Source: an uncultured Alphaproteobacteria bacterium
GTDB lineage: Bacteria > Pseudomonadota > Alphaproteobacteria > HIMB59 > GCA-002718135
Direction of reading: 5' to 3'
NCBI GenBank assembly: GCA_902560725.1
Contig: CACEMR010000007.1
Coordinates: 1,995-65,994 of the forward strand
DNA: 64,000 bases
Of the stretch, positions 50,450 through 60,850 are shown piece after piece. The position numbers were made by a program, and so were the translations under genes. Position 1 is the first letter of the stretch; each line of letters starts with the position of its first letter. The notes under the pieces were generated by a model that did no database searches, was not told the DNA's origin, and saw nothing but the letters and a program-made list of their open reading frames with translations.

Positions 50450-52122
50450 TAAAATCTTATTAAATGAACTTCAATTTCTGGTTTTTTATGGAAGGAATTT
50501 TTCATAATTTTCTTCAAATTGTTTTTAACTATATCAGATACGATTTTATCTGATGATTTTTGATCAGTATTAAGTTTAGTAAAACTATCAATGAATATTA
50601 ATTTGAAATCATGAATTATTTGTTCTTCATCAATATAAGGTAAACCTTTAAAAGTTACTTTAATATTTTTATTAATAGAATTGTCGTTTGAATTAATTAG
50701 TAATGAAATAAGAGCCAATCCTTCAAATGAATATTTTCTTCTTTCTTTTATAAAAGAAGACTCTGAGTCATAAAGTTTTTTACCTTCAACAATAAGTTTG
50801 CCTGTTTCAATTTTTCCAACAACCTTAGGTTCACCTGGTGCAATTTTAAGACATTTTCCATTTTCTAAAATCTTAGTAAAAGGCACCTGTGATGAATAGC
50901 TTAATTGCTTATGCGCTTCTAAATGCATAGGTTCTCCATGAACAGGTATTGATAAATAGGGCTTTGTCCAATTATACATATCTCTTATTTCGTCAGCATA
51001 TCCATGACCTGAAACATGAACAAGGTCATCATCTGCAGTAAGTATTTCAACTCTTTGTCTAATAAGTAAATTTTTTAAATTATTAATTGATTTCTCATTA
51101 CCCGGAATATCTCTAGAGCTAAAAATTACAACATCTTCAGACTCTAAATGTAAATGCTGATGTGAATTATATGAAATTCTGTAAAGCGCAGATCTTTTCT
51201 CACCTTGGCTACCAGTACATATAATAACTAAATTTTCTCTAGGTATAAACGAAGCCTCATCTTCACTAATGAAAACTTCATTATCATCAATGAAACCACA
51301 TTTTCTAGCTGCCTCAATATTTTTCTTAATACTTCTTCCTACAAGAGCAACTTTTCTTTTATTTTTTTTTGCAGCATAAATAATATTTTTCATTCTAGCT
51401 ATATTTGATGAAAAACAAGTAACAACTATTCTATTTGAAAATCTCGAAAATATATTAGCTAACTCTTCTTTAACATCATTTTCTGACTGTGATTTACCTG
51501 GCACATTTGCATTAGTAGAGTCTCCAATAAGAGCTAATAATCCCTCACCTCCAATTTTTTCAAATTTTTTTTTAGAAAAAGAATCTCCCAAAGTAGGTGA
51601 ATAATCTATTTTCCAATCAGCAGTATGAAGTAATGAACCATAAGATGTTGAAATAACAATTGCGCTAGGCTCTGGAATTGAGTGGGTGGTTGGTATAAAA
51701 TCTAGACTAAAATTTTCAAAAGATAATTTTTTATTAAGATTTATTTCAAGTAAATTAAAATTTTCAACTTCATTGAACTCTTTTAATCTATTTTCAATAA
51801 GTAATTTAGCAAATTTTGTTGCATAAACAGGGCATTTAATTTTATTTGCAAAAAAAGCAACGGCACCAGCATGATCTTCGTGACCATGACTAATAATAAT
51901 TGCTTCAAGATTATTCTCTAGACTTTCAATATTATCTATTTTTGGGACCAATAAATCAATACCTGGAAATTTTTCATCGGCAAAAGATAATCCAAGATCA
52001 ATCATAATCCATTTTCCATCACAGCCATATAAATAACAATTAGCTCCAATTTCGCCAATACCACCTAAAGACAAAAAATGAAGTCCATCATTTAAATTAT
52101 TTAATTCAGAAACATTAGTCAT
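50449..52122 (-). CDS. rnj: Ribonuclease J
   Basis: LGGIGEIG.N, SHGHEDH, HSIPE, HTADWK, DSTN, CTGSQGE, HVSGH, PVHGE..H. Confidence 0.96.
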   Translation of the reverse strand: MTNVSELNNLNDGLHFLSLGGIGEIGANCYLYGCDGKWIMIDLGLSFADEKFPGIDLLVPKIDNIESLENNLEAIIISHGHEDHAGAVAFFANKIKCPVYATKFAKLLIENRLKEFNEVENFNLLEINLNKKLSFENFSLDFIPTTHSIPEPSAIVISTSYGSLLHTADWKIDYSPTLGDSFSKKKFEKIGGEGLLALIGDSTNANVPGKSQSENDVKEELANIFSRFSNRIVVTCFSSNIARMKNIIYAAKKNKRKVALVGRSIKKNIEAARKCGFIDDNEVFISEDEASFIPRENLVIICTGSQGEKRSALYRISYNSHQHLHLESEDVVIFSSRDIPGNEKSINNLKNLLIRQRVEILTADDDLVHVSGHGYADEIRDMYNWTKPYLSIPVHGEPMHLEAHKQLSYSSQVPFTKILENGKCLKIAPGEPKVVGKIETGKLIVEGKKLYDSESSFIKERRKYSFEGLALISLLINSNDNSINKNIKVTFKGLPYIDEEQIIHDFKLIFIDSFTKLNTDQKSSDKIVSDIVKNNLKKIMKNSFHKKPEIEVHLIRF

Positions 52123-52877
52123 TATAAATATTTTTTTCCTATTTCTCTTATTCCTTCCAAAGTTAAATTCTCTTTATATATTGGTCTAAAGAGGATTTTA
52201 TCCCTAAATATACTACTCAAACCACCAGTTATAAATATCTTAGGTTTAAAATTATTTTCTTTTATGATTTGCTTTATTATACCATTTATTGCATGCAAGT
52301 AACCAAAATAGAAACCTGATTGTATAGATGCTGAAGTGTTCCTATTTACGACTTTTTTAGATTTAGAAATCTTTGGAGCTTTTAGTAATTCTGCGTTTTT
52401 AATAAGGCTATTCATAGAAAGATTTATGCCAGGAAAAATTAAACCTCCAAAATATTCATTATTTTTAATTACATCAAATGTTGTCGCTGTACCTAAATCA
52501 ATAATTATGCAATTTTTTATTTTTTTGTTAAAAACATAAATAAAGTTTGCCAATCTATCTGAGCCAATTTGATTTAAATTGTAATTAATTTTTATATTAA
52601 ATGGAATATTCTTTGCAGTAATAATATGAAATTTAAATTTATTTTTTAAAAAATAATTTTTTATTGTTGAATTTAGTGAAGGAACAACTGAAGATAAAAT
52701 ACAAAGTTTAGTATCTGATTTATCAAAAAATTTTTTTTTAGATTTTAAAAAATTATTAAGTAATTTATTTTTTTTTGTTATATCTTTCTCAGTATTGAGT
52801 CTAATTATTTTTGTTAATTTTTGGTTATTATAAATCCCAAATACTATATTTGTATTACCTACATCTATAACAATCAT
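52122..52877 (-). CDS. coaX: Type III pantothenate kinase
   Basis: IDVGNT, GSDR, IDLGTATTFD, GGLIFPG, TGG..LTLEG. Confidence 0.95.
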   Translation of the reverse strand: MIVIDVGNTNIVFGIYNNQKLTKIIRLNTEKDITKKNKLLNNFLKSKKKFFDKSDTKLCILSSVVPSLNSTIKNYFLKNKFKFHIITAKNIPFNIKINYNLNQIGSDRLANFIYVFNKKIKNCIIIDLGTATTFDVIKNNEYFGGLIFPGINLSMNSLIKNAELLKAPKISKSKKVVNRNTSASIQSGFYFGYLHAINGIIKQIIKENNFKPKIFITGGLSSIFRDKILFRPIYKENLTLEGIREIGKKYL

Positions 52878-53611
52878 CTTACTATTCTTGCATTATAAAT
52901 ATTCTCTGAATTTGATTTAGATTTTAATATAATCGAACCGTCAGAATTCAAGTCTTCAAATATTCCTTCTTTAAAAAAATTATCATTAATTTGTAATTTT
53001 ATATGCGTACCTAAATATTTTAATCTAGATTTGTAATTTTCTAAAATCATTTTTGAGTTTTCACTTAACATATAAAAATTTTTAAAATAGTTCTCCATTA
53101 ATATTAAAACAAAACTAAAATTATTAATCCCTTTTTTATATTCATTAATATTTGTAGTTAGATAATTATCTAAATTTGGAGATGAAATAATATTAACCCC
53201 AAAACCTGTATTGATAAAAGTATTATTGTTAATATTATATATTTCAGAAATTATTCCAGAAATTTTTTTGTTTTTAATTAATATATCATTTGGCCATTTG
53301 ATTTCAGTCCTCACTTTACATATTGAATCAATGGCATCGCAAATCATATTAGTTGTATAAGCATTATTTAAAAAGTGATTTTGAATATCTATAATATTTT
53401 TGAAAAGTATAGATATATATACATTTCCCTTAGGACTTTCCCAGACTGCACCCCTTCTACCAAAACCTTTTGTTTGTTGATTTGCCATAAGACAAATATT
53501 TCTTTTAAAATTATATTTTTTTATTTCAGACATTGTAGAGTCTACACTTTCCAAAAAATAAAAATCATAATTATTTTTCTCTAATAAAAAATTAATTTTT
53601 TCAAAAGTCAT
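52874..53611 (-). CDS. birA: Biotin--[acetyl-CoA carboxylase] ligase (no N-terminal HTH)
   Basis: STMSE, QTKGFGRRG..W.SP.GN, IKWPND, KISGI; nuoN-birA-coaX synteny. Confidence 0.92.
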   Translation of the reverse strand: MTFEKINFLLEKNNYDFYFLESVDSTMSEIKKYNFKRNICLMANQQTKGFGRRGAVWESPKGNVYISILFKNIIDIQNHFLNNAYTTNMICDAIDSICKVRTEIKWPNDILIKNKKISGIISEIYNINNNTFINTGFGVNIISSPNLDNYLTTNINEYKKGINNFSFVLILMENYFKNFYMLSENSKMILENYKSRLKYLGTHIKLQINDNFFKEGIFEDLNSDGSIILKSKSNSENIYNARIVR

Positions 53612-53614
53612 TAA

Positions 53615-55051
53615 TTATAAAATTAAATTTGATGAAATATTAATTAAAAATGATGGATAAAATATAAAAAAAATAATAATAAATAAACTGATAAAAAGAA
53701 TAATTTTAGCCTGATAAGAGATTTTAAAATAAATATTTATTATTTCAGTATTATCATCAAAATACATAATTTTAATAATTCTAAGATAATAAAATGCAGA
53801 TATAACACTTGCTAAGACACCAAGAATAGAAAGAAGATATAACTCCTGTTGTAATGCTGCAATGAAAACGTAAAACTTTCCAAAAAAACCAATAAACGGA
53901 GGAATGCCTGCCATAGATAACATGATAATAGAAATAGAGAGACTAACGATTGGATTAGACTTACTTAATCCCTTTAATTCATAAATATTAATTAAAAATT
54001 CATTTTTAACTTTAATTGACAGAATTATGGCAAATATTCCAATATTCATTACCATATATGCAAACATATAGATTGATGCTGCTTTAACTGCATTGTCATT
54101 AGCTGCTATTAACGCTATCAGTATGTATCCTATGTGCCCTATAGAACTGTATGCAAGTAATCTTTTTATATTAGTTTGGGCAATAGCTGCAATTGCACCT
54201 AAAAACATTGAAGCAATAGATAGAAAAAATACAATTTGACTCCAATCCAAATAAAAATTTTGAAAAGGAACTAAGCAAAATCTATAAATTAATGCTACAC
54301 CAGCAATCTTTGGAACAATTGCAAAAAAAGCTGTAACTGAATTAGGTGCTCCTTCATAGACATCTGGTGTCCACATATGAAATGGAACTGCTGATACCTT
54401 AAATGCTAAGCCTACCATAACAAAAACTAGACCGAAAATTAAACCCATATTAAGATTTTCATAATTTAAAAGATAAAAATTTATTTCATTAAAATTCATT
54501 GATCCAGTAAATCCATAAATCAATGAGCAGCCGTATAAAAGTATACCAGACGATAATGCTCCTAAAATAAAATATTTAACGCCAGACTCAGCTGAAGTAA
54601 CAGAGTCTCGTTTAATAGCTGCTGCAACGTATAAAGATAAACTTTGCAACTCTATTGCCAAATACATTGACATTAAATTATTTGAAGAAATCATTAACAT
54701 CATTCCAAGAGTTGAAAACAAAAACAGAATAGGAATTTCAAAATTTTTAAGTTTTATTGCTAAAAAATAATCTTTTGTAATTATAATAGTAGAAATTGAC
54801 CCTAAAAGTACTAAAATTTTGAAAAAACTTATAAAAGAAGAATTCTCAAACAAATTCTCGTAATCAGCAAAATTTGAATAATTGTCTAGATAAACAAGAA
54901 TTATTGTAAAAAATAATATTATAACTGCAAAGTTTGAAGTTTGCCTAAATGCATTTTTTTTTACGTATAGACCAAAAATCAAACTAATAAATGAAAATAA
55001 AGCTAAAAAAATTTCTGGAATAAAAATTATATTATTAATGTTATTTAGCAT
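53615..55051 (-). CDS. nuoN: NADH-quinone oxidoreductase subunit N
   Basis: IELQSL, ESGVKYFILGA, FKVSAVPFHMWTPDVYEGAP, KRLLAYSSIGH, AGIPPF.GFFGK; start more likely ATG 55051. Confidence 0.96.
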   Translation of the reverse strand: MLNNINNIIFIPEIFLALFSFISLIFGLYVKKNAFRQTSNFAVIILFFTIILVYLDNYSNFADYENLFENSSFISFFKILVLLGSISTIIITKDYFLAIKLKNFEIPILFLFSTLGMMLMISSNNLMSMYLAIELQSLSLYVAAAIKRDSVTSAESGVKYFILGALSSGILLYGCSLIYGFTGSMNFNEINFYLLNYENLNMGLIFGLVFVMVGLAFKVSAVPFHMWTPDVYEGAPNSVTAFFAIVPKIAGVALIYRFCLVPFQNFYLDWSQIVFFLSIASMFLGAIAAIAQTNIKRLLAYSSIGHIGYILIALIAANDNAVKAASIYMFAYMVMNIGIFAIILSIKVKNEFLINIYELKGLSKSNPIVSLSISIIMLSMAGIPPFIGFFGKFYVFIAALQQELYLLSILGVLASVISAFYYLRIIKIMYFDDNTEIINIYFKISYQAKIILFISLFIIIFFIFYPSFLINISSNLIL

Positions 55052-56525
55052 TTGCCATTTCATAATTTGTGATTATCAATTCTAGTGATAGCCTCATTGG
55101 ATCCAGAAATATGTTTGGGAAAATACCTAAAATTATGACAGATATAGCTAGCGGAATTAGAATGATTTTTTCTCTTGTATTAAGGTCTAATATTTCTAAT
55201 AATTTATTATTGGTAATCGTACCAAAAATAATCCTTTTATAAAGATATAACATATAAACTGCAGATAAAATTATTCCAAAAGCCGCACCAATAACTACAA
55301 AACTTGATAATTGAAAAGCACCAACAATTACTAAAAATTCCCCGACGAAACCACTTGTTCCAGGCAATCCCACTGAGCCAAGCATGAAAATCATAAATAC
55401 AGTGGCATATAATGGCATTCGTTGAACTAGCCCTCCATAAAATTTTATTTCTCTTGTATGCATTCGGTCATAAATTACTCCAACACATAAAAATAAAGCA
55501 GCAGATACTATGCCATGACTAATCATTTGCATCATCGCGCCCTCTAAACCTTGTTGGTTAACTAAAAAAATTCCAATAGTAACAATTCCCATATGTGCAA
55601 CTGAAGAATATGCGATAAGTTTTTTTATATCTGTTTGTGCTAGTGCTACTAAAGAGGTGTAGATAATTGCAATTATACTAAGCATCATAATTAGTGGTAC
55701 AAAAAATTCTGTTGCTTCTGGAAGCATACCAACAGAAAAACGTATAAAACCATATCCACCCATTTTTAAAAGAACACCTGCTAAAATAACAGAGCCTGCG
55801 GTGGGAGCTTCTACATGAGCGTCTGGAAGCCAAGTATGAAAAGGCCACATAGGAATTTTTACAGCAAAAGATGCAAAAAAGGCAAGCCATAAAAAAATTT
55901 GAGTGTTAAAAGAAAAAAAATTTCCCTGAAGAGACTCAATACTCATAGAGTTTGTATTTATGTACATTACTATTATTGCTATTAACATTAAGACTGATCC
56001 TAGAAGTGTGTATAGGAAAAATTTAAATGATGCATATATTCTTCTAGCTCCTCCCCAAATTCCAATAATTAAATACATAGGAATTAAAACAGCTTCAAAA
56101 AAAATATAAAATAAAAGTATATCAATAGATGCAAACATGCCAATCATAACAGTTTCAAGAAATAAGAAAGACAACATATATTCCTTAACTCTCTTTTGAA
56201 TATTACTCCAGCTAGCTAAAATACATAAAGGAGTTAAAAAAGTACTTAGTAAAATCATAAATAGTGAAACACCGTCAATTCCTATATGATAGAAAAAATT
56301 AAAATCATCAAACCATCTAAATTTTTCTTGAAATTGATAAGAGGGATTTAAATAATCAAATTGTAACCATAGAATTAAACTTAAAATGAATGTTCCAATT
56401 GAGGTTAAAAGTGCGGACCATTTTATATTATTCGATGTTACTTCATCTTCTTTAATGAAAAGTATTATCAGCCCTCCTACAAGAGGTAAAAAAATAATTA
56501 CTGATAGTAAAGGCCAATCAATCAT
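55041..56525 (-). CDS. nuoM: NADH-quinone oxidoreductase subunit M
   Basis: GIDGVSL, FFEAVLIPMY, VKIPMWPFHTWLPDAHVEAPT, AYSSVAHMG, GLPGTSGFVGE. Confidence 0.97.
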   Translation of the reverse strand: MIDWPLLSVIIFLPLVGGLIILFIKEDEVTSNNIKWSALLTSIGTFILSLILWLQFDYLNPSYQFQEKFRWFDDFNFFYHIGIDGVSLFMILLSTFLTPLCILASWSNIQKRVKEYMLSFLFLETVMIGMFASIDILLFYIFFEAVLIPMYLIIGIWGGARRIYASFKFFLYTLLGSVLMLIAIIVMYINTNSMSIESLQGNFFSFNTQIFLWLAFFASFAVKIPMWPFHTWLPDAHVEAPTAGSVILAGVLLKMGGYGFIRFSVGMLPEATEFFVPLIMMLSIIAIIYTSLVALAQTDIKKLIAYSSVAHMGIVTIGIFLVNQQGLEGAMMQMISHGIVSAALFLCVGVIYDRMHTREIKFYGGLVQRMPLYATVFMIFMLGSVGLPGTSGFVGEFLVIVGAFQLSSFVVIGAAFGIILSAVYMLYLYKRIIFGTITNNKLLEILDLNTREKIILIPLAISVIILGIFPNIFLDPMRLSLELIITNYEMANAK

Positions 56526-58433
56526 TTAATAATAAATAAACCATGTTAAAAATATTACTAATCCACCAAGCATAGCAAATGCATAATGAAATAAATAACC
56601 AGATTGGAAAATACTAACATAAAAAGATGATTTTGAAATTAACCATGAAATGCCATTTGGTCCAAGTCCATCTATTGTTTTTTCATCACCTCTTTTCCAG
56701 AAAAAATTTGCCAATTTAAAAAAAGTTAATACGAATATTTTATGATAAATTTCATCAACATACCATTTATTTTTAGAAATAGAATATAATGGATCAAGAT
56801 TATATGAGAGATTTTTTGCTCTATCTTTGTTGTTTGTATAAATTAGAATACAAATAAAAATTCCAATAGCCACTGCCAATTTTGATATTAATGATTGAGT
56901 TAAAGGAAGATATTTATGAGAACTTTGAGTTAAAATTATTGCATTATCCCAAAATTCTTTTTTGTAATAACCTATAAAATAGTCAGCGAATAAAATACCT
57001 GAAAAAATTGAACCTATTGCTAAAATAAATAATGGAATTGTCATTACAAATGGTGACTCATGAACTTTATTATACGTTTCTATTCCTGATCTATTTGCAC
57101 CATGAAAAGTTAAAAAAAGCAATCTCCATGAATAAAAAGCTGTAAGTAATGCTGTAAGTATACCAACAATATAAGCAAAGAAAGCTATTCCATTTGATGA
57201 ATAATAAGCATTTTCTAAAATACTTTCTTTAGAATAATAACCAGAAAAATACGGGAAACCAATTATAGCAAGTGATCCAATCCACATCATAGTTGCAGTT
57301 AAAGGTATTTTTTTAAAAAGACCTCCCATCTTTCTCATATCTTGCTCATGATGCATTGCATGTATAACTGAGCCTGCAGATAAAAATAACAATGCTTTAA
57401 AAAAAGCATGTGTAGTTAAATGAAATATAGATGCATTGTAAGCACCTACACCTGCAGCAAAAAACATATATCCTAATTGGCTACATGTTGAGTATGCAAT
57501 TACTCTTTTTATATCATTTTGTGTTAAAGCTATAGAGGCAGCAAAAATAGCTGTGGCTGCACCAATAAATGTAATAAATAAATTAGTAAAATTTGCAAAT
57601 TCATATAGTGGACTCATTCTTGCAACTAAAAATACACCAGCTGTTACCATGGTAGCTGCATGAATTAGTGCAGAAACTGGAGTTGGACCTTCCATTGCGT
57701 CAGGAAGCCAGGTATGCAATCCTAATTGAGCAGATTTGCCCATAGCGCCAATAAATAAAAGAAAGCATAAAAGATCTAAAGTTGGGAAATTTAATGAAAG
57801 GAATTCAATTTGATGATTTTTAAATAAATCAGCTTGTTCAAATATATTATCAAAACTAATTGAGCCAAATACAAAAAATATACCTGCAATGCCTATTGCA
57901 TAGCCAAAATCTCCAACTCTATTTACAACAAAAGCTTTAATTGCAGCATTATTAGCAGTTTCCTTATGATGCCAAAATCCTATTAACAAATACGAAGCTA
58001 GACCTACACCCTCCCAGCCAAAAAACATTTGTAATAAATTATTGCTTGATACAAGAACTAACATAAAAAAAGTAAATAAGCTCAAGTATCCCATAAATCT
58101 TACTTTTGATGTATCTTCCTCCATGTATCCAATAGAATATAAATGTACACAAGCTGAAACAGTAGTAACAACTATAAACATAACTGCTGTTAGAGTGTCT
58201 AATCTTATTGACCAATCAACTATAAAATTACCTGAAGAAATCCAATTAAAGATATATATAATTTCAGGTTCTTTGTTTCCTAAATATTGAAAAAATATTA
58301 TCCATGAAAAAATAGAGCAGGCAAAAAGAATTCCAGTAGTGATAATTTGATAAATTTTAAAATTGAATCTATTACCTAATAAAAAACAAAACAGGAAACT
58401 TAATAGAGGTAAAAAAATTATTGCATTAGCCAT
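56526..58433 (-). CDS. nuoL: NADH-quinone oxidoreductase subunit L
   Basis: GWEGVGL, KAFVVNRVGD, GKSAQLGLHTWLPDAMEGPTPVSALIHAATMV, AYSTCSQLG, HAFFKALLFL. Confidence 0.98.
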   Translation of the reverse strand: MANAIIFLPLLSFLFCFLLGNRFNFKIYQIITTGILFACSIFSWIIFFQYLGNKEPEIIYIFNWISSGNFIVDWSIRLDTLTAVMFIVVTTVSACVHLYSIGYMEEDTSKVRFMGYLSLFTFFMLVLVSSNNLLQMFFGWEGVGLASYLLIGFWHHKETANNAAIKAFVVNRVGDFGYAIGIAGIFFVFGSISFDNIFEQADLFKNHQIEFLSLNFPTLDLLCFLLFIGAMGKSAQLGLHTWLPDAMEGPTPVSALIHAATMVTAGVFLVARMSPLYEFANFTNLFITFIGAATAIFAASIALTQNDIKRVIAYSTCSQLGYMFFAAGVGAYNASIFHLTTHAFFKALLFLSAGSVIHAMHHEQDMRKMGGLFKKIPLTATMMWIGSLAIIGFPYFSGYYSKESILENAYYSSNGIAFFAYIVGILTALLTAFYSWRLLFLTFHGANRSGIETYNKVHESPFVMTIPLFILAIGSIFSGILFADYFIGYYKKEFWDNAIILTQSSHKYLPLTQSLISKLAVAIGIFICILIYTNNKDRAKNLSYNLDPLYSISKNKWYVDEIYHKIFVLTFFKLANFFWKRGDEKTIDGLGPNGISWLISKSSFYVSIFQSGYLFHYAFAMLGGLVIFLTWFIYY

Positions 58434-58436
58434 TAA

Positions 58437-58742
58437 TTATCCCTTAAGCTTATTTATTTTATTAACTTCAATTGAACCTAAATTTCTAAAAAATACTACT
58501 AGTATTGCAAGACCTATTGCAGCCTCTGCAGCTGCAACTGTTAGAGTAAGCATTGCAAAAATTTGTCCCGAAATATCGTTCATATAGGCTGAGAAGGCAA
58601 TAAAATTAATATTTACGGATAATAAAATTAATTCAATGGACATTAAAATTATTATTAAATTTTTCTTATTTAAAAATATACCTAGAACACCTAAAGTAAA
58701 AATAATTGCACCAAGAAATAAATAATGTTCAAGAGTAATCAT
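58437..58742 (-). CDS. nuoK: NADH-quinone oxidoreductase subunit K
   Basis: [24 protein letters not shown]. Confidence 0.97.
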   Translation of the reverse strand: MITLEHYLFLGAIIFTLGVLGIFLNKKNLIIILMSIELILLSVNINFIAFSAYMNDISGQIFAMLTLTVAAAEAAIGLAILVVFFRNLGSIEVNKINKLKG

Positions 58743-59357
58743 TTATTTAATACCCTCACCTAATTTTACTTTTTTCTTTTCAATTGCTTTTGAAGCATCA
58801 AGGGTGTTTTGATTATCTATGTTTTGTTTTTTTACGCCACCTTTGTCTCTTAATGTAAGTGTGATTGAGCCTATCATTGCTACTAATAAAATTATTCCAC
58901 ATATCTGAAATAAATAAAAATATTTAGTATAAAGTAATTGTCCTATCATTTTAGTATTTTCAGTTTCATTTATTTTTGGTTCTAACAGGATTTGACTATT
59001 ATTAAAATTTGAAGAGGTATCAGTTAAATAGAGAATTCCTAGCTCGATTACTAATACTAATCCCAACAATGCACCAAATGGTAAATATTGTAAAAAACCC
59101 TCGCGTAATTTAACAAAGTTAATATCAAGCATCATTACTACAAAAAGGAAAAGAACAGCAACCGCACCAACATAAACAACTATTAATATCATTGCTAAAA
59201 ATTCAGCTCCTAGTAAAACAAAAAGTCCTGCTGCATTTACAAAACTAAAAATTAAAAATAAAACTGAATGAACTGGATTTCTTGCACTAATAACCATTAA
59301 GGCTGACAAAACTGCGATTGTAGAAAAAAGATAAAATGTTAGAGAATAGAGAAACAT
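58743..59357 (-). CDS. nuoJ: NADH-quinone oxidoreductase subunit J
   Basis: NPVHSVLFL, GAEFLA, VYVGAVAVLFLFVVMM, LLVAMIGSI. Confidence 0.96.
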   Translation of the reverse strand: MFLYSLTFYLFSTIAVLSALMVISARNPVHSVLFLIFSFVNAAGLFVLLGAEFLAMILIVVYVGAVAVLFLFVVMMLDINFVKLREGFLQYLPFGALLGLVLVIELGILYLTDTSSNFNNSQILLEPKINETENTKMIGQLLYTKYFYLFQICGIILLVAMIGSITLTLRDKGGVKKQNIDNQNTLDASKAIEKKKVKLGEGIK

Positions 59358-59360
59358 TAT

Positions 59361-59840
59361 TTATCTGTAATTTCTATCAAGATAAATATTTTGAGAAATT
59401 TCTTGTTCCCATCTATCACCATTTTCTAGCAATTTATCTTTATTATAGATTAATTCTTCTCTGGTTTCTGTAGCAAATTCAAAATTAGGACCTTCTACAA
59501 TTGCATCAACTGGGCATGATTCTTCACAAAGACCACAATAAATACACTTAGTCATATCTATATCATATCTTGTTGTTCTCCTACTTCCATCCTCTCTTGG
59601 CTCTGATTCAATTGTTATTGCTTGTGCTGGGCAAACAGCTTCACATAGCTTACATGCGATACATCTTTCTTCTCCACTGGGGTATCTTCTTAATGCATGT
59701 TCTCCTCTAAAACGAGGACTAAGAGGTCCTTTCTCATGAGGATAATTAATTGTAACTTTAGATTTAAAAATATATTTAAATGTTAAAAATAAACCTTGTA
59801 ATAATTCAAATAAAGTAAATGATTTTATAATTTTATACAT
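59361..59840 (-). CDS. nuoI: NADH-quinone oxidoreductase subunit I
   Basis: [12 protein letters not shown] and [12 protein letters not shown] 4Fe-4S motifs; start more likely ATG 59840. Confidence 0.97.
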   Translation of the reverse strand: MYKIIKSFTLFELLQGLFLTFKYIFKSKVTINYPHEKGPLSPRFRGEHALRRYPSGEERCIACKLCEAVCPAQAITIESEPREDGSRRTTRYDIDMTKCIYCGLCEESCPVDAIVEGPNFEFATETREELIYNKDKLLENGDRWEQEISQNIYLDRNYR

Positions 59841-59841
59841 A

Positions 59842-60849
59842 TTAATTTGGCAACATATCAAAATAAACTAAAAAACTAGAAGTTACTACAACCCAAAATA
59901 ATGAAAATGGAAGAAAAACTTTCCATCCTAGTCTCATCAGTTGATCATATCTGTATCTTGGAAAAGTACCTCGAACCCAGATAAATAAAAAAAGTATAAA
60001 TATTATTTTAACTGTAAACCAGATAACGCCTGGAATAGCATTTAAAGGATAAATATCAAAAGGAGGTAACCATCCTCCTAAAAAGAGTATTACCGTCATT
60101 GAACTCATTAAAATCATACTTGCGTATTCGCCTAAAAAGAAAAGAACGAATGATGCTGAGGAATATTCTGTAAAAAAACCAGCAACTAAAGTTGACTCAT
60201 CTTCAGGAAGATCAAATGGTAGTCTATTTGTCTCTGCTAACGCAGATATAAAAAAAATCACAAACATTGGTAATAATGGAATTGCAAACCAAACAGTTTG
60301 TTGAGCTAACACTATTTTTGATAAATTCAATGAACCAACACATAATAGTACTGTGATTATTACAAAACCTATTGAAACTTCATATGAAACCATCTGAGCA
60401 GCAGATCTCAATGCACCAAGAAATGGGTATTGCGAATTACTTGCCCAACCTGCCATAATGACTCCGTATACACTCAGTGATGAGACTGCAAAAAGATACA
60501 TAATACCAACGTTAATATCAGATAGCACCCAACCAGGAGCAAAAGGTATTACTGCCCATCCAGCTAAACTTAGAACCATAGTTATGATTGGTGCAAGTAT
60601 AAATACTATTTTATTTGAACCACTAGGAATAATATTTTCTTTAGTTATTAATTTTAGTGCATCAGCAAAACTTTGAAGTATTCCAAATGGACCAACAATA
60701 TTAGGGCCTCTTCTAAGCTGAATAAGTGCTAAAACTTTTCTTTCAGCATAGACTAAAAAAGCAACAGATATCAAAACTGGCACAACAACTGCTAAAATTT
60801 GTGCAACTATAATAGAACCAGGTATTATAAAATCAGTTATCATATTCAT
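59842..60849 (-). CDS. nuoH: NADH-quinone oxidoreductase subunit H
   Basis: [51 protein letters not shown]. Confidence 0.97.
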   Translation of the reverse strand: MNMITDFIIPGSIIVAQILAVVVPVLISVAFLVYAERKVLALIQLRRGPNIVGPFGILQSFADALKLITKENIIPSGSNKIVFILAPIITMVLSLAGWAVIPFAPGWVLSDINVGIMYLFAVSSLSVYGVIMAGWASNSQYPFLGALRSAAQMVSYEVSIGFVIITVLLCVGSLNLSKIVLAQQTVWFAIPLLPMFVIFFISALAETNRLPFDLPEDESTLVAGFFTEYSSASFVLFFLGEYASMILMSSMTVILFLGGWLPPFDIYPLNAIPGVIWFTVKIIFILFLFIWVRGTFPRYRYDQLMRLGWKVFLPFSLFWVVVTSSFLVYFDMLPN

Positions 60850-60850
60850 T

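Noticed and set aside
52874-53611. BirA loop GFGRRG instead of GRGRRG
   Set aside because: It is a single substitution at a variable position; the key Arg, KWPND and catalytic Lys are retained.
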